This document shows positions 1-8,545 of a stretch of 64,000 bases of DNA, one piece after another. Both the position numbers and the translations under genes were made by a program. How positions within the stretch are numbered: position 1 is the first letter of the stretch; each line of letters begins with the position of its first letter. Location: positions 12,121 through 76,120 of the forward strand of contig JAXMOF010000011.1 of NCBI GenBank assembly GCA_034670045.1. The letters are read 5' to 3'. The notes below the pieces were generated by a model. That model was given only the letters and a program-made list of their open reading frames with translations. It made no database searches and was not told where the DNA came from. The DNA comes from Amylibacter sp. (GTDB lineage: Bacteria; Pseudomonadota; Alphaproteobacteria; Rhodobacterales; Rhodobacteraceae).

Positions 1-372
1 GCCTTGTTCGGGGCGCTGCACGGGCAGGGGATCAAGCTGGGTCTGGTGACCAATGATTACGAAGACAGTGCGGTGGCGCAGTTGCAGCAGGAAGGCATCG
101 TCGAACTGTTTGACTTTATTGCGGGATTTGACAGCGGACACGGGATCAAACCGGGCGCTGGGCCTTTGCTGGCATTTGGCACGGCGACAGGGCTGTCCAT
201 GGCTGAAATCGCGATGGTTGGCGACAGCACCCATGATCTGGGCGCAGGGCGTGCCGCCAAAGTTGGCCTGAACATCGGCGTTCTGACGGGCCCTGCCGAA
301 TCCGGAGACATCAACCATCTGGCGGATGTGATTCTGGACGATATTTCAGGCATCCCTGCCGTTTTGATGTGA
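1..372 (+). CDS. HAD-superfamily hydrolase (phosphoglycolate phosphatase-like), 5' truncated by window edge
   Basis: Open frame from base 1. Carries HAD motif II (LGLVTND), KP (GIKPGAG) and motif IV (MVGDSTHD). Confidence 0.85.
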   Translation, partial: ALFGALHGQGIKLGLVTNDYEDSAVAQLQQEGIVELFDFIAGFDSGHGIKPGAGPLLAFGTATGLSMAEIAMVGDSTHDLGAGRAAKVGLNIGVLTGPAESGDINHLADVILDDISGIPAVLM

Positions 373-373
373 T

Positions 374-1360
374 TTAGGTCAGGGCCGAGCGGCCTTTGCG
401 ATCCTCTGACGGTTTCAAGCCGAATTCGGTTTGATACAGCCGCGACAGGTGGGACGGGCTGGGAAAGCCGGTCATCAATGCGATTTCCAGAATCGACAGA
501 TTGGTGTGCCACAACAACTGGCGCACCTTTTCCAGCCGCAATTTGCGATAATACCGCGCGGGCGAGGTATCAAGGTGGCGCGCAAACATCCGTTCCAGCG
601 AGCGCACGGTTTTGCCCGCCGCACTGGCCACTTTGGGGATCGGCAAGGTCAGTTCCATATTGGCGATCATTGCGGTGATGGCTTGCTGCATGGGCTTTGG
701 CAGGGTTTCGTACTGGTTCAGCGAATAGGGCCGCTGCCCGACCGAAGCGCCACGAATCCGGTCGATCTGATACTGGTTGCCCACCGCATTGGCGATGCCG
801 ATGCCGTTGTGTTCCGCAATAATATGCAGCGCAATATCCATAGACGACAGCCCGCCCGATCCCGTCCAGCGATCCCGGTCCATCACATAAAGGTTCGGGG
901 AAATCTCCAACTCGGGGAATTCTTCGGAAAAGGCGGGTTGGTTTTCCCAGTGCAGGGTGAATTCATAGCCGTCGAGAAAGCCCGCGCGTGCCAGCATGAA
1001 GCTGCCGATACACAGGGCGCCGAAAACTTTTGACTGTCGCGCAAACCGCTGCATGGTTGAATTCAACGCCGCGCGATTGGGTGGATCGGACTGCATCCCT
1101 GCGCAAACAAAGAAATAGTCAAACTTTCGGGCTTCTTTGCTGGACAGTGTCGGCAGGACCGATAACCCGTCAGAGGCCTTTACAGGTTTGTCGTCCACCG
1201 AAACAAAATCCCACGCATAAACCTCGGCGCCAAGTTCACGGTTGGCGGAGCGAAACGGACCCGTCATCGCAGTGACACACAGGGATGAAAACTGGTCGAT
1301 CAGCAGCACTCCGATACGAATCTGTTCGGGTTGGTCGGGGGTGGGGCGCTGATTGGGCAT
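374..1360 (-). CDS. GlxA-family (DJ-1/PfpI + AraC HTH) transcriptional regulator
   Basis: GALCIGSFMLARAG and FTLHWEN in the DJ-1 domain; C-terminal AraC HTH (RSLERMFARHL...GFPSPSHLSRLY). Start trimmed from the 501-aa ORF; 1375 and 1432 are alternative starts. Confidence 0.9.
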   Translation of the reverse strand: MPNQRPTPDQPEQIRIGVLLIDQFSSLCVTAMTGPFRSANRELGAEVYAWDFVSVDDKPVKASDGLSVLPTLSSKEARKFDYFFVCAGMQSDPPNRAALNSTMQRFARQSKVFGALCIGSFMLARAGFLDGYEFTLHWENQPAFSEEFPELEISPNLYVMDRDRWTGSGGLSSMDIALHIIAEHNGIGIANAVGNQYQIDRIRGASVGQRPYSLNQYETLPKPMQQAITAMIANMELTLPIPKVASAAGKTVRSLERMFARHLDTSPARYYRKLRLEKVRQLLWHTNLSILEIALMTGFPSPSHLSRLYQTEFGLKPSEDRKGRSALT

Positions 1361-1526
1361 TCGGTCTGTCCACATATTTGGCTGGGGCCATTTAAGAACG
1401 GTTTTCGGTGATTGCCTTGCTGAAATCGACATCAAATGTCGTAATCTTAACACTAAAAACGACAAAGCGCTGCCACAGTGCTCAGGCTGGCGCAAAAGTG
1501 ACAGCCTATCAGCACGGGAGACCCAC

Positions 1527-3071
1527 ATGGCAGCACGGATCAGAAGCGGAGGCCGCGCCGGCAATACGCGCCGCTCTTCAACCCATGCGATCGAGCAGAT
1601 GCCCTGGCGCAACATCAGGAATATCGACCGACCGACAGAACCGCTGGATGCTGACGGGGTGCAGGCAATCCATAAAGGGGCCATGCATATTCTGTCGCAA
1701 ATCGGGATCAAGATGCTGAACCCCGAGGCCTTGCTGATCCTGAAGGCGGCAGGGTGCAAGGTGGTGGATGAAACCGTTTTTATGGACGAAGATTTCGTGA
1801 TGGAAATGGTTGGCAAAGCGCCCGCTGAATTCACCATCACACCGCGCAATCCTGACAGGCAGGTAACGGTGGGCGGCAATAATCTGGTCTTTGTGAATGT
1901 GTCGTCGCCGCCAAACTACTGGGATTTGGAATCCGGCAAGAAAACCGGTGATTTTGAAAGTTTCCGCAATTTGATGAAATTGACGGGGTATTTCAACTGC
2001 ATCCACGTGGCGGGTGGCTATCCGGTGGAGCCGGTGGATATCCACGCCTCGGTGCGGCATCTGGACTGTGTGCAGGAAAAGCTGTTGCTGACAGATAAGG
2101 CGGTTCATGCCTATTCGCTGGGCAAAGAGCGGGTCGAAGATGTGATGGAAATGGTCCGCATTGCGGGCGGATTAAGTCATGAAGAATTTGACGCCGCTCC
2201 CCGTATGTACACCAATATCAACTCGGTTTCGCCTTTGGTGCATGACTATCCCATGCTGGACGGTGCCATGCGTATGGCACGGCGCAGCCAGCCTGTGGTG
2301 GTGACGCCCTTTACGCTGGCAGGGGCCATGGCCCCCGTCACTATGTCTGGGGCTGTCGCGCTAAGCATTGCCGAAGGTCTGGCCGCGATTGTGCTGTTGC
2401 AGATCATCAATCCGGGCTGTCCCGTGGCCATTGGCACATTCACATCGAATGTTGATATGAAATCCGGCGCGCCTGCTTTTGGTACACCTGAATATATGCG
2501 CGCAACGCAGATGACGGGGCAGATGGGGCGGTTTTACGGGCTGCCGATCCGATCCAGCGGGGTGTGTACGGCAAATGTGCCAGACGGGCAGGCCATGTGG
2601 GAAACCTCAAACAGTCTTTGGGCGGCGGTGCAGTCAGGGTCAAATTTTGTATACCACGCAGCGGGTTGGCTGGAAGGCGGGCTGATTGCCAGCCCTGAAA
2701 AATTCATCATGGATTGCGAAGTCCTGCAAATGATCCAACGCTATATGGAGCCTGCCATCACCAAGACCGGCCCCGAAGAAATCGCCTTGGATGCCATCGC
2801 AGAGGTCGGCCCGCAGGGGCATTATTTTGGCGTACAACATACGCAGGACCGCTATGAAACCGCATTCTACAGCCCGATTGTCAGCGATTGGCGCAATTAC
2901 GAAGCCTGGGACCTGGACGGGGCAAAATGGACGGTCGAGCGGGCGCATCAGACCTATAGAGACATCCTGAACGAATTCACCCCGCCACCGATGGATGACG
3001 CCCTGCGCGAGGAACTGGCGGCGTTCGTGACCAAACGCAAAGCCGAAGGCGGCGCGCCCACGGATTTCTGA
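1527..3071 (+). CDS. Trimethylamine methyltransferase (MttB) family protein, non-pyrrolysine, glycine-betaine methyltransferase-like
   Basis: Motifs TNINSVSPL, PFTLAGAMAP, SGAPAFGTPE and HAAGWLEGGL; no in-frame UAG. GGGAG RBS before ATG at 1527. Confidence 0.9.
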   Translation: MAARIRSGGRAGNTRRSSTHAIEQMPWRNIRNIDRPTEPLDADGVQAIHKGAMHILSQIGIKMLNPEALLILKAAGCKVVDETVFMDEDFVMEMVGKAPAEFTITPRNPDRQVTVGGNNLVFVNVSSPPNYWDLESGKKTGDFESFRNLMKLTGYFNCIHVAGGYPVEPVDIHASVRHLDCVQEKLLLTDKAVHAYSLGKERVEDVMEMVRIAGGLSHEEFDAAPRMYTNINSVSPLVHDYPMLDGAMRMARRSQPVVVTPFTLAGAMAPVTMSGAVALSIAEGLAAIVLLQIINPGCPVAIGTFTSNVDMKSGAPAFGTPEYMRATQMTGQMGRFYGLPIRSSGVCTANVPDGQAMWETSNSLWAAVQSGSNFVYHAAGWLEGGLIASPEKFIMDCEVLQMIQRYMEPAITKTGPEEIALDAIAEVGPQGHYFGVQHTQDRYETAFYSPIVSDWRNYEAWDLDGAKWTVERAHQTYRDILNEFTPPPMDDALREELAAFVTKRKAEGGAPTDF

Positions 3072-3183
3072 ACGGGGTTGAGGCGGATTTTAAGGATTAA
3101 GATTGGCCTGCCGCCGTTCATCCTAGCGCTTTGTTAACATTCTACGCCTATTTCGAAGGGATAGTCTTTGAATAGGTGTATGG

Positions 3184-3777
3184 ATGCATGGAACAATAAA
3201 TCGCGGATTGCAGGGCTATGTCTGCGAAATTTTTGGCGCAGAAACATGGGAAGATGCCTGCGCTTTGGCGGAACTGGCCAATTTCAATTTCGAAACCATG
3301 TTATCCTACGATGATGTCCTGACGGATCGGATCATCAGTGCGCTGACCCAGTTATTGGGCCGTGATCGGGCTGATTTACTTGAAGATTTCGGCACTTTTG
3401 TGGTGTCTGAAAACCATCTGCAATCGGTTCGAAAGTTGCTGCGGTTCGGGGGCGAAACCTATGTGGAATTCCTGCAATCCCTGGAAGATGTGCACGACCG
3501 CGCCAAAATCGCGCTGCCTGATCTGGATGTCCCGTTTTTTGAACTGGAAACCCAATCGGACAGTCAGTTCATTCTGCACTACGAATTTGACAAACTGGGC
3601 TTTGGCGCGGTGTTTCTGGGGTTGCTGCGGGGTATGGCCGATGATTACGGGGCACTGATCCTGATCGACCACATTCCCGTTGCCGCAAACGGCAAGGATT
3701 TGGACAGGTTTGAAATTTCTGTCCTGCAATTGGGCTGGCCGGATGCCGTTCAGGACACGGCGGTGATGCCAGCATGA
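3184..3777 (+). CDS. H-NOX (heme NO-binding) protein
   Basis: N-terminus MHGTINRGL, a YDD motif, LLEDFG, proximal His in FLQSLEDVH, and ADDYGAL. Stop overlaps the downstream GGDEF start (ATGA). Confidence 0.85.
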   Translation: MHGTINRGLQGYVCEIFGAETWEDACALAELANFNFETMLSYDDVLTDRIISALTQLLGRDRADLLEDFGTFVVSENHLQSVRKLLRFGGETYVEFLQSLEDVHDRAKIALPDLDVPFFELETQSDSQFILHYEFDKLGFGAVFLGLLRGMADDYGALILIDHIPVAANGKDLDRFEISVLQLGWPDAVQDTAVMPA

Positions 3778-4808
3778 ATATTGTAACCTTTCCCGACCAT
3801 AAATCCGACGATACCAAGGGGGCTGCAGAAAATGTGATCGCGCAACATTCCGATTTGCTGGATACAATGATGCCGTTTCACGTTTTGGCCAACCGTGATG
3901 GCCAGATCCTGCACGCCGGCCCCAGTTTTCACAAATTGATGCCTGATGAAAAGGTTGTGGGGGCGTCCTTGTTTGATCTTCTAACGGTAAAGCGCCCTGC
4001 AGGTCTGGCTGTCGTTGCTGATATTCTTGTCCATCAAAAGGAAAAACTGTCCATAAACCTGACTGCTTTGCCGGGGCACAACCTGAAAGGCGTGGCCGCA
4101 GGGCTGGGTCAGGGCCATGTGCTGATAGACATCTCGCTTGGCGCGGGGGTGATGGATGTGGTCAGCAAATGTAACCTCAAGAACAAGGATTTTTCACCTG
4201 CCGACCCCACGGTGGAAATGATCTATATGATTGAAGTACAGTCTTTTGTGTATCAGCAGCACAAAAACCAAAGCCATAAATTGCAGGGCGCCAGAGTCCA
4301 TGCAGAGGAGCAGGCTTTCACCGATGCATTGACCGGATTGGCAAACCGGCGCGCGCTGGAAAATCACATGGCGCGATTGTTACGCCGTACCAAAGGCAAC
4401 GGGTTTGCGCTGATGCAGATTGATCTGGATTTCTTTAAGGCGGTGAATGATACCCACGGCCATGCCGCAGGGGATTTTGTCTTGCAGCAAACGGCCCGAA
4501 CCTTGCAAAAGCAAATGCGGGCAACCGATCTTGTGGCGCGGATTGGCGGGGATGAATTTGTAATAATCATGTCCGAATTTGGCAATGAAGCCGCCTTGGA
4601 AGCCGTCGCAAACCGGATAATCGAACAAGTGCGCATCCCCATCCCGTTCGAAGGAGTGGAATGCCAGATCGGTGCCAGTATCGGCGCGACCGTTGTTGAA
4701 AGCGGGGCAGAGCGGACACCGGATGCCATTCTTTCCGACGCAGACCGCGCGCTATATGCGTCAAAAGCCAAGGGGCGCGGGATGTTTCATCTGGATCGGG
4801 ATTTGTAA
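3774..4808 (+). CDS. Diguanylate cyclase with N-terminal H-NOX-associated (HNOBA/PAS-like) region
   Basis: DALTGLANRR, DLDFFKAVNDTHGHAAGD, intact GGDEF and an RxxD I-site (RATD). The N-terminal MPFHVL...DFSPADPTVEM region resembles HNOBA. Confidence 0.92.
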   Translation: MNIVTFPDHKSDDTKGAAENVIAQHSDLLDTMMPFHVLANRDGQILHAGPSFHKLMPDEKVVGASLFDLLTVKRPAGLAVVADILVHQKEKLSINLTALPGHNLKGVAAGLGQGHVLIDISLGAGVMDVVSKCNLKNKDFSPADPTVEMIYMIEVQSFVYQQHKNQSHKLQGARVHAEEQAFTDALTGLANRRALENHMARLLRRTKGNGFALMQIDLDFFKAVNDTHGHAAGDFVLQQTARTLQKQMRATDLVARIGGDEFVIIMSEFGNEAALEAVANRIIEQVRIPIPFEGVECQIGASIGATVVESGAERTPDAILSDADRALYASKAKGRGMFHLDRDL

Positions 4809-5068
4809 CAGGTTGTATGCCACAATTGGGTCATATTTCCCCCTGGAATTAGCCTGAAATTGCTGGTTTCCCTTGGGGAAGTCAGAGGGTTTTAGCCCGT
4901 AATCAGGCCGAAATAGGGCAGTTTGAACGGGATGAACAGAGTGTTTCCAGATGTAGGATAATCCAAATTTGGGGACAGGTGCTTTGCCAAAAAACAATGG
5001 CCTGATTCTAACCTATCCAAATGGACGGCTTTTTCAGTTTAGTAGTTATTTTTTGAGATGTGTTTTTA

Positions 5069-5084
5069 TTAACAGTATGTTACA
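5069..5084. promoter_or_regulatory. Imperfect CtrA-type box (TTAA-CAGTATG-TTAC)
   Basis: One mismatch to TTAA-N7-TTAA, in an AT-rich intergenic region where such matches arise easily. Confidence 0.3.
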
Positions 5085-5126
5085 GGCTAATCTTGAAACC
5101 GATTTCAGAATTTATCCCACTCTCAG

Positions 5127-5214
5127 GTGAATTAAATTCACTTAAATTCGCATCGAAAATACAGTGATTTTCCCACTAAATTCCTGCCAAATTATCACCA
5201 AATTTTATGAAAAT
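5127..5214. promoter_or_regulatory. Palindrome GTGAAT-TAA-ATTCAC followed by helically phased A/T tracts
   Basis: Tracts start at 5134, 5144, 5156, 5167, 5178, 5189, 5200 and 5210, about 11 bp apart. Confidence 0.55.
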
Positions 5215-5374
5215 AGGGCTGGTTTGACGCCGCACCTCCCAAATGTGCAAAAATCATGTTCCTAGGACTCGGTTAATTTGGTAAATATAGGGCATCGTCA
5301 TGTTGGCGATTGTAACCAATCCGCGGTTCATCTGTTCGTTCCGAACCGCCAGATTAAACGAGTGTGAGAGTAAA

Positions 5375-5596
5375 ATGGGCAAGGCCGTAAAACCAGAAGC
5401 TATCGTATCAAATCGTCGTTTTGTGTTGGCCGATAACCTGCGTCCGCGGGCTTGGCACGAACTACAAAAAACAGAATCCGGTTTCGGAGCACCGACCCCG
5501 GTCACACGCCATTTCGATGGTCGTGATGACGGGATGACAGCGGATCCGGAATTGCAAAGCGCAATCAAACAAGCCCTGTCAGGTTTGAACTCCTAA
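5375..5596 (+). CDS. Small hypothetical protein (73 aa)
   Basis: GAGAG RBS at 5366-5370 then ATG at 5375. Followed by a hairpin with a U-tract. No recognised domain. Confidence 0.55.
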   Translation: MGKAVKPEAIVSNRRFVLADNLRPRAWHELQKTESGFGAPTPVTRHFDGRDDGMTADPELQSAIKQALSGLNS

Positions 5597-5647
5597 TTCA
5601 AAACACAAGGGCGCGACAAAAGCTGCGCTGGCGACTGGAAGATATAC

Positions 5648-5700
5648 ACCCCGCATTCGCTACGTTCTCACTCGCGTTGCTCGGCGGGGTTTTGTTTTTC
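5648..5700 (+). terminator. Probable intrinsic terminator
   Basis: Outer stem ACCCCGC...GCGGGGT followed by TTTGTTTTTC, between the convergent small ORF and receiver gene. Confidence 0.5.
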
Positions 5701-5728
5701 AGAGTTGCTTGCCGGGGTAGGGCAGTGG

Positions 5729-6124
5729 TTATTCAGCGCCGCTACACCGAGACTCCCATATTTCGGTTAGCTGTGCTGCCAATGTCATCGGATTGAACGG
5801 TTTTGGGATAATTTCCAACGCATCGGTGTTTTTCATCAGCATTTCAGAAGCAACTGCCGATTGTGCGGTCATGAATACAGCAGGTGTTTTCTGGAAGGCG
5901 GGCATTTTGCGCAAATGTTGCAGAACCTCTTCGCCGGTCATGATCGGCATCATTTGATCCAGCAAGATAAGATCAGGTTGAAATCCCTCGATGCTTTCCA
6001 GCGCCTTGGGGCCGTCGAAAAACTGTGCCAATTCCATGCCGCCGACCACTTCCAGGGCCAAACGGGTGATTTCTTGGATATCTTCGTCGTCTTCCACGTG
6101 GAGAACGCGTTTTAAACCAGTCAT
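5729..6124 (-). CDS. Single-domain response regulator (CheY-like receiver)
   Basis: Acidic pocket VEDDEDI, phospho-Asp in LILLDQMMP, FMTA and KPF. AGGTGG RBS. No output domain. Confidence 0.92.
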   Translation of the reverse strand: MTGLKRVLHVEDDEDIQEITRLALEVVGGMELAQFFDGPKALESIEGFQPDLILLDQMMPIMTGEEVLQHLRKMPAFQKTPAVFMTAQSAVASEMLMKNTDALEIIPKPFNPMTLAAQLTEIWESRCSGAE

Positions 6125-6313
6125 TGCGCCACCTATCTCTTGCTTCGTGATTGCGCCAATCGCGCAGGGTTTCAAGCGTAAGTTGTGTTTGTATCAAAAA
6201 TGCAACCAATTCCACATCAATTTAATGTATTAAGAGTTGCTTCATAAATAACCATAGCGTGTATTGTCCGGTAAAGTACATAATCATCCCAAAAAAATGA
6301 GGCGCGTGTTTTC

Positions 6314-8386
6314 ATGATGGGTATGAAAAAAAACGTGTTTGCAGTGACGAAAACAGGTCTGTTGCAGGCAGCAATACTTTTGGTTGGCTTCGGGTGCATC
6401 ACCTATACGATCGAAGTGTACAACCTTCAAACCGAAGTTTCCGATCTTCGCGGGGAATTAAGCGAAGTCGGGGATTTGAAACGGGCAAAGATCGAGCAGC
6501 AGTTGAATGCTGCCCTGTTGTTGTCCCGCGCGCTTAGTGTGGCCATCGAACTGGAACCCGATACCATTGATCAGGCCCGATATTCCAAGATCGCGGCCAA
6601 AATGATCGAGAATAATTCGAGTGTCATTAATGTGGCGGCCGCACCTGACCTGATTGTAAAATTCGTCCATCCGGTGAAAGAGAATGCCTCTGTTATCGGT
6701 CTGAATTATCGGGAAAATGAAGCACAATATGCTGCGGCCAAACAGACGATGGATTTGGGAAAACCCGTTCTGGCAGGACCATTAAATCTGGTTCAGGGCG
6801 GTGAAGCCTTTATTCTGCGTAACGTGATCCACGGCCCCGAGGATCAGGGCGCCCCCGCTACAGAGCTGGGGATCGTTTCGGTTGTGCTGGATAAAGGCAA
6901 GTTTCTAGCAAGCCTGCATTCTGAAGCGGATGAAACCATCCAGAATATTGCCATTCGAAAGGTGACTGCGGATTCCGGCGGCAATAGCTCCTTTGTTGCG
7001 ATCTCGGGGGATCAGGGGCTGTTTGACGGCGACCCTGTGATCATGGACGTCAATGTGCCATCGGGGAAGTGGCAGCTGGCATTGCAGCCCGTCAATGGTT
7101 GGCCTGTGGTCTCTGAATATTTCTTGCGTAATCTGTTGGCTTTTGTGCTGGTTCTTGGCTCCGTTCTGGCGCTGTTTACCATTCTAAACCGCATCCGCAG
7201 CAGCAAAGAAGTTGCAGAAGTGCGCTTGCGCACAGCTTTGGAAGCCTGCGATCAGGGCTTTGCACTTTATGACGCCGAAGACAGGCTGGCCCTGTGCAAT
7301 ACCCGCTTTATGCAGGATAATAATCTGTCATCCGCGCAGGTCAAACAACGCCCCTTGTTTGAAGAAATTCTGCGGTCCGGAATAAGCGAAGGCAGGTATC
7401 ACACGGGCGAGGATCAGGATGAAAACTGGATAAAACAGCGGCTTGAAACCCATAATCAACTGGCTTCGGTGCAGCATCTTAAATTGCCGGATCAAAGGTG
7501 GTTAAAGGTTTCCAATAAAAAACTGCCGGATGGTGGTGTGATTTCTTTTGCTGTGGATATTTCCGAAATTATCAAGGCGAAAGAACTCGCTGAATCGTCG
7601 GAAAAGGCCAAAATGCGCTTTATGGATGCGGTCAGTCACGAGCTGAAAACGCCTCTGAGCATCTTGTTGGGCTACACCGCGTTTCTGGAAAATCCCGAGC
7701 ATTTAAAATCTGTCGCCGCGCTGAAAAAGCAAGCTGGCGACAATGAAACATTCCAAACCAATCTTGAGCATGTGGACGCAGTGACCAGCGAAGTGAAGGG
7801 CCATGCAGGGCGGATCAAAACGGCTGGATTGCAACTGCAAACGCTGATTGAAAAGGTGCTGGAATTCACATCGCCCAAAGCAGAAACGCCAGTGGTTCAG
7901 GATAAAACCATTCGCGCAGGGCAGGTTATCGGGCCTATTGCGGAACGGTTTCGCACCGAAGCTTCGCAAAAAGGGTTGGAATTTTCGGTTATTATCGAAG
8001 AAACCACACTTCAGGCCGACCCGCTGCATGTGGAACGGGTGCTGTGCCGGATGATTGAAAATGCCATTCAGACCACAGAGGTCGGGTCGATCAAAATTTC
8101 GGTCAAACCCAGTGGCGATTTCGTGAAGATCATGGTGCGTGACACCGGGTCCGGATTTCACAGAGAAATTGACGGGCCTGAGGAAGACGCGCAAAGCTTC
8201 CAGTCTGATCTGGTTGATTTCATCAAATCGGACGGGTTTGTGGCAGGACCAGCCGAGTTGGAAACCGCGAGCGGTGACGTGACGGTTGATTTTGATCGGG
8301 GGCACGGGAAATTGGTAACGTTCACGTTGCCCATTCTACGTGACAGCCGAAAAGCAGTGGCCAAGAACGTGGAGGCGGCTGAGTAA
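6314..8386 (+). CDS. Membrane CHASE-PAS sensor histidine kinase with degenerate ATP-binding domain (pseudokinase-like)
   Basis: Two TM segments flank a CHASE-like region (HPVKENASVIGLNY...VLAGPLNLVQGG). PAS-like LEACDQGFALYD. H-box SHELKTPL and DTGSG are present, but there is no G2 GxGLGL. Confidence 0.8.
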   Translation: MMGMKKNVFAVTKTGLLQAAILLVGFGCITYTIEVYNLQTEVSDLRGELSEVGDLKRAKIEQQLNAALLLSRALSVAIELEPDTIDQARYSKIAAKMIENNSSVINVAAAPDLIVKFVHPVKENASVIGLNYRENEAQYAAAKQTMDLGKPVLAGPLNLVQGGEAFILRNVIHGPEDQGAPATELGIVSVVLDKGKFLASLHSEADETIQNIAIRKVTADSGGNSSFVAISGDQGLFDGDPVIMDVNVPSGKWQLALQPVNGWPVVSEYFLRNLLAFVLVLGSVLALFTILNRIRSSKEVAEVRLRTALEACDQGFALYDAEDRLALCNTRFMQDNNLSSAQVKQRPLFEEILRSGISEGRYHTGEDQDENWIKQRLETHNQLASVQHLKLPDQRWLKVSNKKLPDGGVISFAVDISEIIKAKELAESSEKAKMRFMDAVSHELKTPLSILLGYTAFLENPEHLKSVAALKKQAGDNETFQTNLEHVDAVTSEVKGHAGRIKTAGLQLQTLIEKVLEFTSPKAETPVVQDKTIRAGQVIGPIAERFRTEASQKGLEFSVIIEETTLQADPLHVERVLCRMIENAIQTTEVGSIKISVKPSGDFVKIMVRDTGSGFHREIDGPEEDAQSFQSDLVDFIKSDGFVAGPAELETASGDVTVDFDRGHGKLVTFTLPILRDSRKAVAKNVEAAE

Positions 8387-8545
8387 CGGTTGGCACGGCG
8401 GAACTTTGACGGTGCGTAATGATTTATTGAATTCCAAGTAATTACCTAATTTATGACAATATCGAGAGATATTGTGAAACGAGGCAGCGTTGGCGTCCTG
8501 AGAAAACAGGGCATTTCAACGTTTTGGAAGGGGTAGGGGAGTCAG

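Noticed and set aside
374-1879. 501-aa version of the GlxA regulator
   Set aside because: The extra N-terminus is antisense to the MttB gene and low in information. The recognisable domain starts near 1360.
1527-3071. Pyrrolysine recoding in the MttB homolog
   Set aside because: No in-frame UAG, and no pyl genes in the window.
3090-3138. CtrA half-sites upstream of H-NOX
   Set aside because: The best full-site alignment (CTAG-N7-TTAAC) has two mismatches, which is too weak to call.
5101-5220. Replication origin
   Set aside because: No clear DnaA boxes (TTATCCCAC at 5112 is a poor match) and no typical oriC-flanking genes.
5326-5341. GTTC repeats resembling a LexA box before the 73-aa ORF
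   Set aside because: Spacings are N4 and N8, not the required N7.
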